Below, piece after piece: positions 1 to 11,800 of a DNA stretch of 64,000 nucleotides (position 1 is the stretch's first letter; every line of letters begins with the position of its first letter). The DNA is from Deltaproteobacteria bacterium. GTDB taxonomy: Bacteria > Myxococcota_A > UBA9160 > UBA6930. Below the pieces are notes generated by a model. That model was given only the letters and a program-made list of their open reading frames with translations. It was not told the origin of the DNA and did no database searches. A program made the position numbers and the translations under genes. The stretch is from positions 59,250 through 123,249 of the forward strand of contig VGRF01000011.1 in NCBI GenBank assembly GCA_016875395.1. Reading direction: 5' to 3'.

Positions 1-295
1 CCTTGTCGACGGTCTTGCCCGCTGTGCCGATTCCCGCGCAGTTCACGACGATGTTCACGAGGCCGAACTTCGCGACCGTCGCGTCGACGGCCGCCTGGAC
101 CTGCGCTTCGTTCGCGACGTCCGCCTCGCAGAACTGCGCCGCGTCGCCGAGCGACTTCGCCACCTCCGCGCCCTTGCTGCGCCCGAGATCGAGAATCGTG
201 ACGCGCCCGCCGCGCGCCACGATCTCGCGCGATGTCGCCTCACCCAGCCCCGAGCCGCCGCCCGTCACGATCGCGGCGCTGCCGTGCAGATCCAT
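1..295 (-). CDS. Short-chain dehydrogenase/reductase (SDR), N-terminal part; the gene runs off the left edge
   Basis: Reverse-strand ATG at 295-293 with GGAGG 6 nt upstream. My translation is MDLHGSAAIVTGGGSGLGEATSREIVARGGRVTILDL..., which carries the Rossmann TGxxxGxG motif of classical SDRs. It is absent from the ORF track because no stop lies inside the window. Confidence 0.75.
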   Translation of the reverse strand, partial: MDLHGSAAIVTGGGSGLGEATSREIVARGGRVTILDLGRSKGAEVAKSLGDAAQFCEADVANEAQVQAAVDATVAKFGLVNIVVNCAGIGTAGKTVDK

Positions 296-384
296 CCTGT
301 GCCTCCGAGGAAAACGAAGGGGCGCAACCTAGCTCAGCGCGGACTCGGGCCTGGCCCCGAACCGCGCTCCGTGAACCCCCGGGT

Positions 385-1179
385 TCACGCCGCCGCGCGC
401 AGGATCGCCGCCAGCCGCTCGCACACCGGCCCCGGCGCAGCGACCGCGCCGAGCTTCTCGCCATCGAGCTGCGCGATCGCCTTCGCGCCGCGCACCGAGT
501 TCACCGCGATCACCTCGGCGGCGCGCGCGAGGTCGTCGCGTGTGAGCGCGGCGTCGGCGATCTCGGGCAGCGTCTCGCGCAGCACCGCGAGCGCGAGACC
601 GCGCACACAGCCGAGCGCGGGTGATGGCGTGAGCAGCGCACCGTCTTCGCGTACGACGATCACGTTCGTTCGGGCGCCTTCGACGAGTCGCCCCTTCGAA
701 TCGAACATCAGCGCCTCGTCGCAGCCCGCTGCGCTCGCGGCTTCGCGTGCGGCCTCGACGTCGGCGCGCGCGAGCTTCGCGCCGGGTGCGAGCGCGTGCG
801 GGCCGGCGTGCCACGCGGAGACCGCGCGCCACACGTGCGGGTCGGGACCGAGCGCGCGAGTCGTGCCCACCAGCGCGAGCGTGCCGGCTTCGTCGCGGCA
901 CGCCTCCAGGCGCACGATGCCGGGCGCGGTGCCGAAGCGATACGCGCCGAGGCGCGCGAGCTCCGCGTGCACGCGCTCCGCGCGCGGCGCGCCGAGCCCG
1001 AGCGCCGCGCAGTCGCGCGCGAGCCGCTCCGCCGCGCGCCGCCCGAGCGCCACGCGCGTGCCGGTCCAGCGCGCGGTCGTGTAGCAGCTGCTCGCGTCCA
1101 TCTCGCGCGCATCGTCGCGCGCGAGGGAGCGTGCCGCGACAGCGCCGGAATCGGCGCGCTCCAAACGACGAACGCGCAC
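385..1179 (-). CDS. Aminotransferase class IV family protein (aminodeoxychorismate lyase / D-amino-acid or branched-chain aminotransferase-like)
   Basis: 264-aa ORF. It has the EGARTNVIVV block typical of fold-type IV PLP enzymes, plus GCVRGLA and AVNSVRG blocks. The exact start is uncertain. Confidence 0.7.
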   Translation of the reverse strand: MRVRRLERADSGAVAARSLARDDAREMDASSCYTTARWTGTRVALGRRAAERLARDCAALGLGAPRAERVHAELARLGAYRFGTAPGIVRLEACRDEAGTLALVGTTRALGPDPHVWRAVSAWHAGPHALAPGAKLARADVEAAREAASAAGCDEALMFDSKGRLVEGARTNVIVVREDGALLTPSPALGCVRGLALAVLRETLPEIADAALTRDDLARAAEVIAVNSVRGAKAIAQLDGEKLGAVAAPGPVCERLAAILRAAA

Positions 1180-1219
1180 CGGGTCACCCTGGTGCGCGTT
1201 CGATGGAACGAACCTCGTG

Positions 1220-2530
<1,311 letters not shown>

Positions 2531-2677
2531 GCGCAGCTCTGGCAGCTGAGGCGGGCGTGCATTTCGTTCCGTCGCAACCGCTTCTCAAAAATTCGGCGGC
2601 ACTATAGACGAGCGTTTTCGGCCGGAACTAGTGGATTCCTCACGCAATGTTCTGCGGACGCTCGAAGTTTTTTCGCT

Positions 2678-4381
2678 CTAGGACCCGACGGCCGGCGCGA
2701 TCAGCACGATTTGGCGATCCCCGCTGCGGAAGCGCTCCACGATTTCTCCGAGTGGTGGACCCTCGAGCTTGCGCGCGCGCGCAACGACCACGCGGCCGCC
2801 GCTCTCGAAGAACTCCGCGACCTCGGCGGGCGTGGCGAGCTCGCGCACCGGCGCGGCGGCGTAGTAGGCGAGGCCGCCCACGAGGTTGTGCTCGTCGTAG
2901 AGACCGATCTCGGCGCCGGCGGGCGTGCGCGCAGACGCGGCCAGCGCGACCGGCCGCACGCTGCGCATCGGGTCGATCGCGGGAAAGAGCTGCGCGAACG
3001 CGGCGAACAGCGCGGCGTAGGCGAGGCCGATCGGCACGAACACGAAGCGCAGCGCCGACGAGCGCGCGCGCACGAGCGCGATCCACGCGAGCGCGGCCGC
3101 GACGATCGCGCCGAACAGCGTGAGCCCGAACGAGCGCAGCAGCGCGAGGTCGATCTCGGCGAGGTCGCTCGGCTTGAGCCAGCGCCCGAGCCAGTCGTTC
3201 TTGAAGAGCGCCGGGAGCGGCGCGCCGCTGCCGAGCTGGAGCGCGAGCGCGCCGAGGAGCGCGAACAGCAGCCCGACCAGCAGCGCGACGAACGCGAGGC
3301 GCTTCGGTGCTCGCGCGCGGCCCGCGAGCCAGCGCTCGAGGCCACCCGCGCAGAGCAGGGCGATCGCCGGGAAAGCCGGGAGCAAGTAGAGGCCTCGTTT
3401 CCCGCTCGCGAGCGAGAAGAACACGAACGTCGCGCCGGCCCACGCCAGCAGGAAGCGCCAGGCGCGCTGCGTCTCGGGCGTCTCGTCCGAGCTGCGCAGC
3501 GTGCGCCACGCGGCGATGCCGGCGACGGGGAAGAGCAGCGTCCACGGCAAGAAGTCGAGCGGCAGCTGGTAGAGGAAGTACCACGGCGGGTTGTCGTGCG
3601 GCGCGCCGTCGCCGAGCCGGCCGAGCAAGTTCACCCAAACCGCTTCCCACGCGAATCCATCGGGTGCGAGCGCACTCGCTGCCACGATCCACGCGAGGCC
3701 GGGCGCGATCGAGAGCAGCAGGCCCCACCACGGAAACACGCGGGCGAGATCGCGCAGCCGCTTCTCCCACGCTAGGAAGGCGACGATGACGAGCACGGGC
3801 ACGAGGAAGCCGACGGGGCCCTTGGTCAGCACCGCGAGCCCGAGCGCGACGTGCAGCGCGAGCGCGTTCAGCGCGCGGCTGCCCATGCCGCGATCGAGGC
3901 GCCAGAAGGCGGCGAGCGCGAGCGTCTCGAGCAGCGCGAGCAGAGGGTCGAGCTGCACGCGGCGCGCGAGTCGCGCGAACTCGTAGGTGGTGAGCAGCAG
4001 CGCGGCGCCCGCGAAGCCGACGCGTCCGCCGAGCAGGCGCGAGCCGAGCGCGAGCGTGAGCGCGACGAGCAGCACGCCGGCCGCGGCGGACGGGATGCGC
4101 CCCGCGAGCTCGCTCACGCGCCCCTCCCGCACACCTGCGAGCGCGGCGAGCCAGTAATAGAGCGGGGGCTTCTGCGTGTACGGCTCGCCGTTCAGATGCA
4201 GCAGCACGAGCCCACGCGGCCCCTGCTCGAGCGCGCGCACCTCTTCGGAAACCTGCAGATAGCGAGGCTCGTCGGGCGCCGAGGCTTCGAGCGCGCCGAG
4301 CTTCGTGAAGAGCAGGAGAGCGGCGGCGCCAACGAGCAGCGCGCGCAGCCAAGGCGAGACCGGAGGCGAGGGCGCGTGCAT
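2678..4381 (-). CDS. ArnT-like / PMT-like glycosyltransferase family 39 (polytopic membrane protein)
   Basis: This is the C-terminal 567 codons of the 1107-aa track ORF, starting at the ATG at 4381 (MHAPSPPVSPWLRALLVGAAALLLF). It has many predicted TM helices and a KPPLYYWL motif typical of ArnT/dolichyl-phosphate-mannose transferases. The upstream extension to 6001 is antisense to real plus-strand genes. Confidence 0.8.
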   Translation of the reverse strand: MHAPSPPVSPWLRALLVGAAALLLFTKLGALEASAPDEPRYLQVSEEVRALEQGPRGLVLLHLNGEPYTQKPPLYYWLAALAGVREGRVSELAGRIPSAAAGVLLVALTLALGSRLLGGRVGFAGAALLLTTYEFARLARRVQLDPLLALLETLALAAFWRLDRGMGSRALNALALHVALGLAVLTKGPVGFLVPVLVIVAFLAWEKRLRDLARVFPWWGLLLSIAPGLAWIVAASALAPDGFAWEAVWVNLLGRLGDGAPHDNPPWYFLYQLPLDFLPWTLLFPVAGIAAWRTLRSSDETPETQRAWRFLLAWAGATFVFFSLASGKRGLYLLPAFPAIALLCAGGLERWLAGRARAPKRLAFVALLVGLLFALLGALALQLGSGAPLPALFKNDWLGRWLKPSDLAEIDLALLRSFGLTLFGAIVAAALAWIALVRARSSALRFVFVPIGLAYAALFAAFAQLFPAIDPMRSVRPVALAASARTPAGAEIGLYDEHNLVGGLAYYAAAPVRELATPAEVAEFFESGGRVVVARARKLEGPPLGEIVERFRSGDRQIVLIAPAVGS

Positions 4382-4432
4382 GGACGCAGGGTAAAACGCC
4401 GCGCGCCCTCGCGAGGGAGAAACTGCGCTGCG

Positions 4433-4555
4433 GGGACGTTCCGCAAGAAAGGCAAGCAGCCGGCGCGGCTCCGCAAGCCGCCGCGCGCGTGCCGCGTGGC
4501 GAAATCGACGGAATGAGTGGGTTTGGAGTTTCTTTACTTTCTTGCGGAACGTCCC
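4433..4555. repeat. Perfect 19-bp inverted repeat (GGGACGTTCCGCAAGAAAG at 4433-4451; reverse complement at 4537-4555) with an 85-bp spacer
   Basis: Read directly from the sequence. It lies in the divergent intergenic region between the GT39 gene (start 4381) and the epimerase gene (start 4622). Confidence 0.9.
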
Positions 4556-4621
4556 TGGGTCTTCGGGCCCGCGAGCTGCCCCGCCCGCCCTAAAGTGCGA
4601 TGCCTTGCACCGAGGGTTCGC

Positions 4622-5530
4622 ATGAAGAACGCACGCATCGTCATCACCGGCGCGACGGGGCAGGTCGGCTTGCCGCTGACGCGCGCGCTCGCGCGCGACA
4701 ACACCGTGTTCGCGCTCGGGCGCTACGCGAAGCCGGCCGACGCCGCGAAGATCGAGGCGCTCGGCGCGAAGCCCGTGCGCGCCGATCTCGCGAGGGGCGA
4801 ACTCGCCGCGGTGCCCACCGACGCCGACGTCGTGCTCAACCTCGCCGTCGTGCGCAGCAACACGCCCGACTTCGACGGCGATCTCGCGATGAACGCCGAG
4901 GGCGCGGGCTTGCTCTTCTCGCACTGCCGCCCGCGCCGCGCCTTCATCCACGGCTCGTCCGCCGCCGTCTACGCGTGGAAGAACGGCGAGCCCGTGAGCG
5001 AGGGCGACCCGCTCGGCGATCACCACCGCGTGATGATGCCCACCTACAGCCTCTGCAAGATCGCCGCGGAGTCGGTGGTTCGATACTGCGCGCGCCAGCA
5101 CGGCATTCCGACGACGATCGCGCGCCTCGGCGTTCCCTACGGCGAGAACGGAGGCTGGCCCTGGTACCACCTGATGATGATGAAGGCGGGCGTGCCGATC
5201 CCCGTGCATCCCAGCGGCGCGAATCGCTTCCCGCTGTTTCACGAGGAGGACCAGCTGCGCACTTTCGATGCGCTGGTCGAGATGGCGAGCGTGCCCGCCA
5301 CGATCGTGAACTGGGCGGGCAGCGAGGACACAAAGGTCGAGGAGTGGTGTGCGGAGCTCGCGTCGCTCACCGGCCTCACGCCGAAGTTCGATCGCACAGA
5401 GAAGGCGCTCGCGCCGCTGCCGCTCGACGTGCGCAAGCTCGAGGCGCGCGCCGGCAAGTCGCGCGTCGCATGGCGCGATGGAATCCGGCGCATGGTCGCA
5501 GCGCGCAACCCGGAGTTGTTGAAGGCGTGA
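4622..5530 (+). CDS. NAD-dependent epimerase/dehydratase family protein
   Basis: ATG at 4622 (MKNARIVITGATGQVG = GxxGxxG Rossmann motif). Has the YSLCK (YxxxK) catalytic motif. In frame with track ORF 4517..5530. Confidence 0.8.
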   Translation: MKNARIVITGATGQVGLPLTRALARDNTVFALGRYAKPADAAKIEALGAKPVRADLARGELAAVPTDADVVLNLAVVRSNTPDFDGDLAMNAEGAGLLFSHCRPRRAFIHGSSAAVYAWKNGEPVSEGDPLGDHHRVMMPTYSLCKIAAESVVRYCARQHGIPTTIARLGVPYGENGGWPWYHLMMMKAGVPIPVHPSGANRFPLFHEEDQLRTFDALVEMASVPATIVNWAGSEDTKVEEWCAELASLTGLTPKFDRTEKALAPLPLDVRKLEARAGKSRVAWRDGIRRMVAARNPELLKA

Positions 5531-5546
5531 AGGCTCGGGGCGCAGC

Positions 5547-6272
5547 GTGAGCCTCGCGCCGTACCTGAGCGTCGTCGTGCCGTTCTTCAATGAGCACGGC
5601 AACGCGGAGGCGCTCCACGCCGAGATCGTCGCCGCGCTCGCGAGCGTCGCGGGCGGCTTCGAGTGCGTGTACGTGGACGACGGCAGCCGCGACGGCACTG
5701 GCGAGGTGCTCGCGGGGCTCGCGGCGAAAGACGCGCGGGTGCGCGTGATCTCGCTCGCCGCGAACGAGGGGCAGACGGCAGCGCTCGCCGCGGGCTTCGC
5801 TGCCTCGCGCGGCGAAGTGATCGCGACGCTCGACGGCGACGGCCAGAACGACCCCGCCGACCTGCCGCGCTTGTTAGGCGCGCTCGACCGCGCCGACTGC
5901 GTGAACGGCGTGCGCACGAATCGCCAGGACACGCGCTTGAAGAAGCTCTCGTCGCGCGTCGCCAACGCGTTTCGCAACTGGGCCACGCGCGAGAACGTCA
6001 CCGACGTCGGCTGCTCGCTGCGCGTGATGCGCGCGAGCTTCGTGAAGCGCGTGAAGCTCTACCGCGGCATGCACCGCTTCCTGCCCACGCTGTTGCGCCT
6101 CGAAGGCGCGCGGCTCGCCGAGCTGCCGGTGAGCCACCGGCCGCGGCATTCGGGCGTCTCGAAGTATGGGATCGGGAACCGGCTGTTCGTCGGGATCGCG
6201 GACGTGCTGGCGGTGCGCTGGATGGTGAAGCGGGCGCTGCCTCGGGCCCGGAGCCGAAAAACGAGCGACTGA
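5547..6272 (+). CDS. Family 2 glycosyltransferase, polyprenyl-phosphate sugar transferase (ArnC/DPM1-like)
   Basis: LSVVVPFFNE, VDDGSRDGT and DGDGQNDP (DxD) motifs, plus a C-terminal membrane-associated segment. Confidence 0.85.
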   Translation: MSLAPYLSVVVPFFNEHGNAEALHAEIVAALASVAGGFECVYVDDGSRDGTGEVLAGLAAKDARVRVISLAANEGQTAALAAGFAASRGEVIATLDGDGQNDPADLPRLLGALDRADCVNGVRTNRQDTRLKKLSSRVANAFRNWATRENVTDVGCSLRVMRASFVKRVKLYRGMHRFLPTLLRLEGARLAELPVSHRPRHSGVSKYGIGNRLFVGIADVLAVRWMVKRALPRARSRKTSD

Positions 6273-6341
6273 GGCGGCGCTCGCACCAGCACGCCACTCG
6301 CTGTGTTCATTTGCCCCGAGATTGGGCGGTGGGCCACAGGC

Positions 6342-7674
6342 ATGCGCGATGCACGAGTGGGCTGCGTGAACCTCGCAGCCCGCGACCTCGCTCGGATCGC
6401 CCTCGCTCTTGGGCTGGCGAATGCTTGCGCGCGAGGCGTACAGGCCGAGGACGCGCCCTCTTCGTGGGCAACTCCAGAGCGGCTCACCCTGCGCTGGGCG
6501 GTCGAGCGAGCGGCGTCGCACAGCCCAGAGATCTTGGCTGCGTATGCGAGGTGGCTCGCGATGGCCGAGCGCCCCTCGGCCGAGGGCGCGCTGCCCGATC
6601 CGATGTTGATGCTCCGTTACCACAACGAAGACGGGCCGATCAGCTTCGGCGAGTCGGACTTCTCGTTCGTCGAGATCGGTGTCGAGCAAGAGGTGCCGCT
6701 CGCGGGGAAACGCGGCCTCCGGCGGGCGATCGCTGCGAGCGCCGCGGAGCGCGAGCGCGCGATGCGCGACATGACCGCGCTGATGGTGCTCGAGCGCGTC
6801 GCGATGCAGCACGCCGAGCTCGCCGCGCTGGAGGGGACTCGCGCGGCGCTGGAGGAGAGCGCCACCGCGCTCGGCGCGCTGATCGCGCAGAGCGAGGCGC
6901 GCTACGCGGTCGGAATGGCCGAGCAGCAGGACGCGCTGCGCGCGCGGCTCGAGCGCGACATGGTGCGCGAGCGCTTGGAGATGGTCGCGCGCGAGCACGC
7001 GGCGGCGCGGGCGCAGCTCGCGGCGCTGCTCGGCTTCGCGCGCGCTGACGATCTCGCGTCCAGCGTCGCCCCAGAATCCGAGCGGGCGCTCGCCCCGCTT
7101 GCCGAGCTCCGCGCGCGCCGCCGAGCGCTCGCCGGCGCTGCGCGCCGCGCAGCTCGAGTTGCTGCGCAGCGCGGACTCCACGCGCCTCGCGCGCCGCGAG
7201 ATCGTGCCGGAGTTCGCGCTCACCGCGGCCTACATGAACAAGCAGCAGCTGTTCCCCGAGTGGGAGCTCGGGATGAAGCTCAGCATTCCGCTGTGGGCGC
7301 GGCAGAAGCAGCGCCGCATGGCCGCGGAGGCTGCGTTGATGGAGCGGGCCGCCGAGCAGGAGCGCCGCCGCACGGAGCTCGACATCGACGCGCGCCTCGG
7401 CGCACTGCACGCATCGGCCGAGGCGTCGCAGCGACTGCTCGCGCTCTATCGCGATGCGCTGATTCCGAGCGCCGCGCGCACGTTCGAGTCCGCGCGCGCT
7501 TCCTACGCCGCGGGCCGCATCGAGCTGATGGCGGTGATCAGCGCGTTCACCGCGCTGCGCGACGCGCGCATTCGTGAGGCCGAGGAGCGGGCGCGGTTGC
7601 TCGGCGCGCTCGCGGAGATCGGGCCGCTCGTCGGCGAGACGCCGCTCGGCGAAGCGTGGGAGGTGAGGCCATGA
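6342..7674 (+). pseudogene. TolC-family outer-membrane efflux factor (CusC/CzcC-like), apparently frameshifted near 7100-7125
   Basis: The N-terminal about 260 aa read in the frame of ORF 6303..7577. The C-terminal about 185 aa read in the frame of ORF 7099..7674. The join reads LAELRAR / AAERSPALRAAQLELL across the GC run gcgcgcgccgccgagcgc. After 7120 the first frame becomes Arg/Ala junk. The stop TGA overlaps the cusB ATG (ATGA). Confidence 0.7.
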
Positions 7675-8801
7675 GCCAGGGAGCGGCACGCTGGACGCTC
7701 GCGCTCGTGCTGGGGTGCGCCGGTTGCGGGGACGAGCGCGCAGCGCACGTCGGGCACGAGCCGCCGCCAGTGGAGGCATCGGCGCCGAAGCGAGGCGACG
7801 CCGCGCTGCCGGGGATGGCGCCCGTCAGCATCGCCGAGGATCGCCGGCAGTTGTTAGGGGTGCGCACCGTCGAGCTTTCCGTTCGGCCCCTCCTACGCGA
7901 GATCCGCACGGTCGGCGTGGTGGCGGCCGACGAAAGGAGAGTGAGGCGCATCCAGAGCAAGGTCGAAGGCTGGGTCGAGGAGCTCTTCGTCGGATTCACC
8001 GGCGAGGCGGTGCGCGTGGGCGCCCCCGTTCTCGCGCTCTACAGCCCGGAGCTGGTCGCGAGTCAGCGCGAATACGTGATCGCGCTGGAGGCGGCCAAGG
8101 GCGGGGCCGACGACCGCTCCGGACTCGTCGCCGCCGCGCACGCCCGGCTGCGCGCGTTCGACGTGAGCGATGCACAGATCGCGGCACTCGCGCGCTCGCG
8201 CAGCCCGCAGCGCCGCGTGGTGCTGCACTCGCCGATCCGCGGCTTCGTCACGGTGAAGGCCGTCGCGCAGGGCGCCTACGTCATGCCCGAGTCGGAGCTG
8301 TTCACGGTGTCGGATCTCTCGCGCGTGTGGGTGTGGGCCGAGCTGAACGAGGACGAGATCCCGCTCGTCGCGCTCGGCCAGCGCGCGCGCATCGAGGTCG
8401 CCGCCGCGGAGGCGGATCGCGACGCACAGGTGACGTACGTGCAGCCGACCCTCGATGTCGAGACGCGCACGCTGCGCGTCCGCTTCGATCTCGACAACGC
8501 GGATGGCGCGCTGCGCCCCGGCATGTACGCCACGGTCAAGATCGAGCGCCCGCTCGGCGACGTGCTCGCGCTTCCCGAGGAAGCCGTGATCGACACCGGC
8601 GAGCGGCGCGTGGTGTTCGTCGAGACCGCGCGCGGCACGTTCACGCCGCGCGAGGTCTCCCTCGGCCGCCACGGTCAGGATCACTACGAGGTGCTCGGCG
8701 GGCTCGCGGCCGGCGATCGCGTCGCGGTGAGCGCGCAGTTCCTGCTCGACTCCGAGAGTCGGCTGCGCGGCGCAGGCCACACCGCGCACGGCGCGCACTG
8801 A
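7671..8801 (+). CDS. cusB: RND efflux periplasmic adaptor (membrane fusion protein), CusB-like
   Basis: ATG at 7671 overlaps the upstream stop. Has a lipoprotein-like signal LVLGCAGC and HlyD/CusB-type barrel-sandwich and beta-barrel blocks (VVLHSPIRGFV, RPGMYATVKI). Confidence 0.85.
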   Translation: MSQGAARWTLALVLGCAGCGDERAAHVGHEPPPVEASAPKRGDAALPGMAPVSIAEDRRQLLGVRTVELSVRPLLREIRTVGVVAADERRVRRIQSKVEGWVEELFVGFTGEAVRVGAPVLALYSPELVASQREYVIALEAAKGGADDRSGLVAAAHARLRAFDVSDAQIAALARSRSPQRRVVLHSPIRGFVTVKAVAQGAYVMPESELFTVSDLSRVWVWAELNEDEIPLVALGQRARIEVAAAEADRDAQVTYVQPTLDVETRTLRVRFDLDNADGALRPGMYATVKIERPLGDVLALPEEAVIDTGERRVVFVETARGTFTPREVSLGRHGQDHYEVLGGLAAGDRVAVSAQFLLDSESRLRGAGHTAHGAH

Positions 8802-8802
8802 C

Positions 8803-11800
8803 ATGCTCGCGCGCTGGATCGAGTTGTGCGCGCGCCGGCGCTGGCTCGTGGTCGCCGCCGTCGTCGCGCTCGCCGCGTGGGGTGTGGTCTCCGCGCGCAA
8901 CACGCCGCTCGACGCGCTGCCCGATCTTTCCGACACGCAGGTGATCGTCTTCACCGAGTGGATGGGCCGCAGCCCGAACCTCGTCGAGGACCAGATCACG
9001 TACCCGATCGTGAGCACGTTCCTCGCCGCGCCGCGCGTCGAGGTCGTGCGCGGCTTCACGATGTTCGGGATGTCGTTCGTGTACGTGATCTTCGAGGAAG
9101 GCACGGACCTCTATTGGGCCCGCAGCCGCGTGCTCGAAGCGCTGGTGAAGCTCGCAGGCAAGCTGCCGCCCGGCGTGGCGCCGCAGCTCGGGCCCGACGC
9201 GACGGGCGTGGGCTGGGTGTTCGAGTACGCGCTCGTCGACGAGAGCGGCACGCACGACCTCCAGCAGCTGCGCAGCCTGCAGGACTGGCACGTGCGCTAC
9301 TGGCTGTCGTCGGTGCCGGGCGTCGCCGAAGTCGCCAGCATCGGCGGCTACGAGAAGGAATATCAGGTCGAGATCGACCCGATCCGCCTTCAGGCCCTCG
9401 GCCTCTCGATCGCCGAGATCGCGAGTGCAATCCGGATGTCGAACGGCGACGTCGGCGGACGCGTGCTGGAGCTCGCGCAGCACGAATACGCCGTGCGCGG
9501 GCGCGGCTATCTGCAGAGTCGCGAGGCGATCGAGCAGATCGTCGTGGCGACCAACGCAGCGGGCACGCCCGTGCAGCTCGGCGACATCGCGCGCGTGCAG
9601 ATCGGCGGCGCGATCCGGCGCGGCTTCGGCGAGCTCGACGGCGAGGGCGAGGCCGTCGGCGGCATCGTCGTGATGCGCTTCGGCGAGAACGCGCTGCAGG
9701 TGATCGAGCGCGTGAAGGCGAAGCTCACCGAGATGGAGCCCGCGCTGCCGCCGGGCGTCCGCATCGTCGCGACCTACGACCGCTCCGAGCTGATCCTCGG
9801 CTCGGTGCGCACGCTCGGGACGAACCTCGCGCAGGTGATGGCGATCGTGTGCCTCACGATCGTCGTGTTCTTGTTCCACCTGCGTTCAGCGCTCGTGCCC
9901 GCACTGATGCTTCCGATCGCCGTCGCGCTCGCGTTCATCCCGATGTCGGCGATGGGGCTGACGACGAACATCATGTCGCTCGCCGGCATCATCATCGCGA
10001 TCGGCGACATGGTGGACGCCGCTGTGGTGCTCGTGGAGAACGCGCACCGCCGCCTCGCCGAGGCCGGGCCGAGCGCGGACCGCGTGCGCGTCGTGATCGA
10101 CTCGGCGAAGGAGCTCGGGCCGCCGATCTTCGGCTCGCTGCTGCTGATCGCGGTCGCGTTCCTGCCCGTGTTCACGCTCGAGGCGCAAGAGGGCCGCCTC
10201 TTCAAGCCGCTTGCCTACACGAAGACCCTCGCGATGGCGTTCGCCGCGCTGCTCAGCGTGACGCTCGTGCCCGCGTTGATGGTGTGGCTCGTGCGCGGGC
10301 GCATCCGCAGCGAAGCCGAGAACCCCGTCGCGCGCGCACTCGCGGCCGCGTACCGGCCCGTGCTGCGCTGGTGCCTCGTGCATCGCGTCGGTCTGGTCGC
10401 GTCGGTGCTCCTCGCGATCGGGCTCAGCGCGGTTCCGTTCGCGCGGCTCGGCTCCGAGTTCATGCCGCCGCTCTACGAGGGCAGCGTGCTGTTCATGCCC
10501 GTCAGCGTGCCCGGCATATCGATCGAGGAAGCCAAGCGCGTCGTGCAGGAGCAGGACCGCCGGCTGCGCGCGATCCCGGAGGTGGCGCGCGTGTTCGGCA
10601 AGGCTGGGCGCGCCGAGACCGCGACCGATCCCGCGCCACTCTCGATGATCGAGACGGTGATCACGCTGCGCCCGCGCGACGAATGGCGCGAAGGCCTCTC
10701 GTACGAGGCATTGATCGCGGAGATGGACCGCGCGGTCGCGACGCCGGGCCTGCAGCCTGCGTGGACGATGCCGATCAAGGCGCGCGTCGACATGCTCACG
10801 ACGGGCATCCGCACGCCGATCGGCATCAAAGTGTTCGGCGGCGATCTCGAGGAGATCGCGCGCATTGCGGAGTCGCTGGAGCAGATCCTGCGCGACGTGC
10901 CGGGGACGCGCAGCGTGTACGCGGAGCGCGAGCTCGGCGGCTACTTCATCGACTTCGTGCCCGATCGAGACGCGATCGCGCGCTACGGGCTGCGCGTGAT
11001 GGACGTGCTCGAAGTGGTCGAGACGGCGATCGGCGGCCTCGACGTCGACGTCACGATCGAAGGGCGCGAGCGCTACCGCATCAACGTCCGTTACCCGCGC
11101 GAGCTGCGCGACACGCCAGAGGATCTCGCGCGCGTGCTCGTGCCAATTCCGCCGCAACGCGGTGTTGGCGCGGCCGACGCCGCAGCGCCGCGTGCGATGT
11201 CCGCGGGCATGGGCGCCGGTGCGATGACGAAGGGCGCGGGCCGCACCGCGCAGGTGCGGCTCGGCCAACTCGGCACGATCTCCGCGACGATGGGCGCGCC
11301 GATGATCAAGAACGAGGGCGGCCTGCTCACGGGCTGGGTCTACGTCGACACCACGAGCCGCGATCTCGGCGGCTACGTCGAGCGAGCCAAGCGCGCCGTC
11401 GCGCTGCAGCTCGCGCTGCCCACGGGCTACTCGCTGCGCTGGACGGGGCAGTACGAGTTTCTCGCGCGCATGCAGGCGCGCATGCGGATTGCCGTGCCGC
11501 TCACCGTTGCGCTGATCCTCGCGATCCTGCTGGTGAACTTCGGCGGACTTCCGCAAGCACTGCTCGTGCTCTTCTCGCTCCCGTGCGCGGCGCTCGGCTC
11601 GGTGTGGTTGTTATGGGCGCTGGGCTTCAACACCTCGGTAGCCGTCTGGGTCGGACTCATCGGCCTGCTCGGAATCGCCGCCGAGACAGCCTCGATCATG
11701 GTGATCTACCTCGACGAGGGCTTCCGGAGCTGGCAGGCGCAGGGCCGGCTGCACAGCACGGCGGACCTGATCGAGATGGCGATCGAGTCCGGCACGCGGC

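Noticed and set aside
370-389. GC palindromes as terminators or binding sites: CGTGAACCC-CC-GGGTTCACG here, GCCCCCGGGGGC at about 39734-39745, and a stem-loop at 48811-48848.
   Set aside because: They have no following T tract and, in the first two cases, loops too short for a hairpin. Short CCCGGG-type palindromes are expected in this base composition. I kept them only as weak candidates.
4382-6001. The N-terminal 540-aa extension of the 1107-aa minus-strand ORF 2678..6001.
   Set aside because: The extension is antisense to the well-supported epimerase and GT2 genes and has no recognisable motifs. The GT39 protein starts naturally at the ATG at 4381 with a TM helix.
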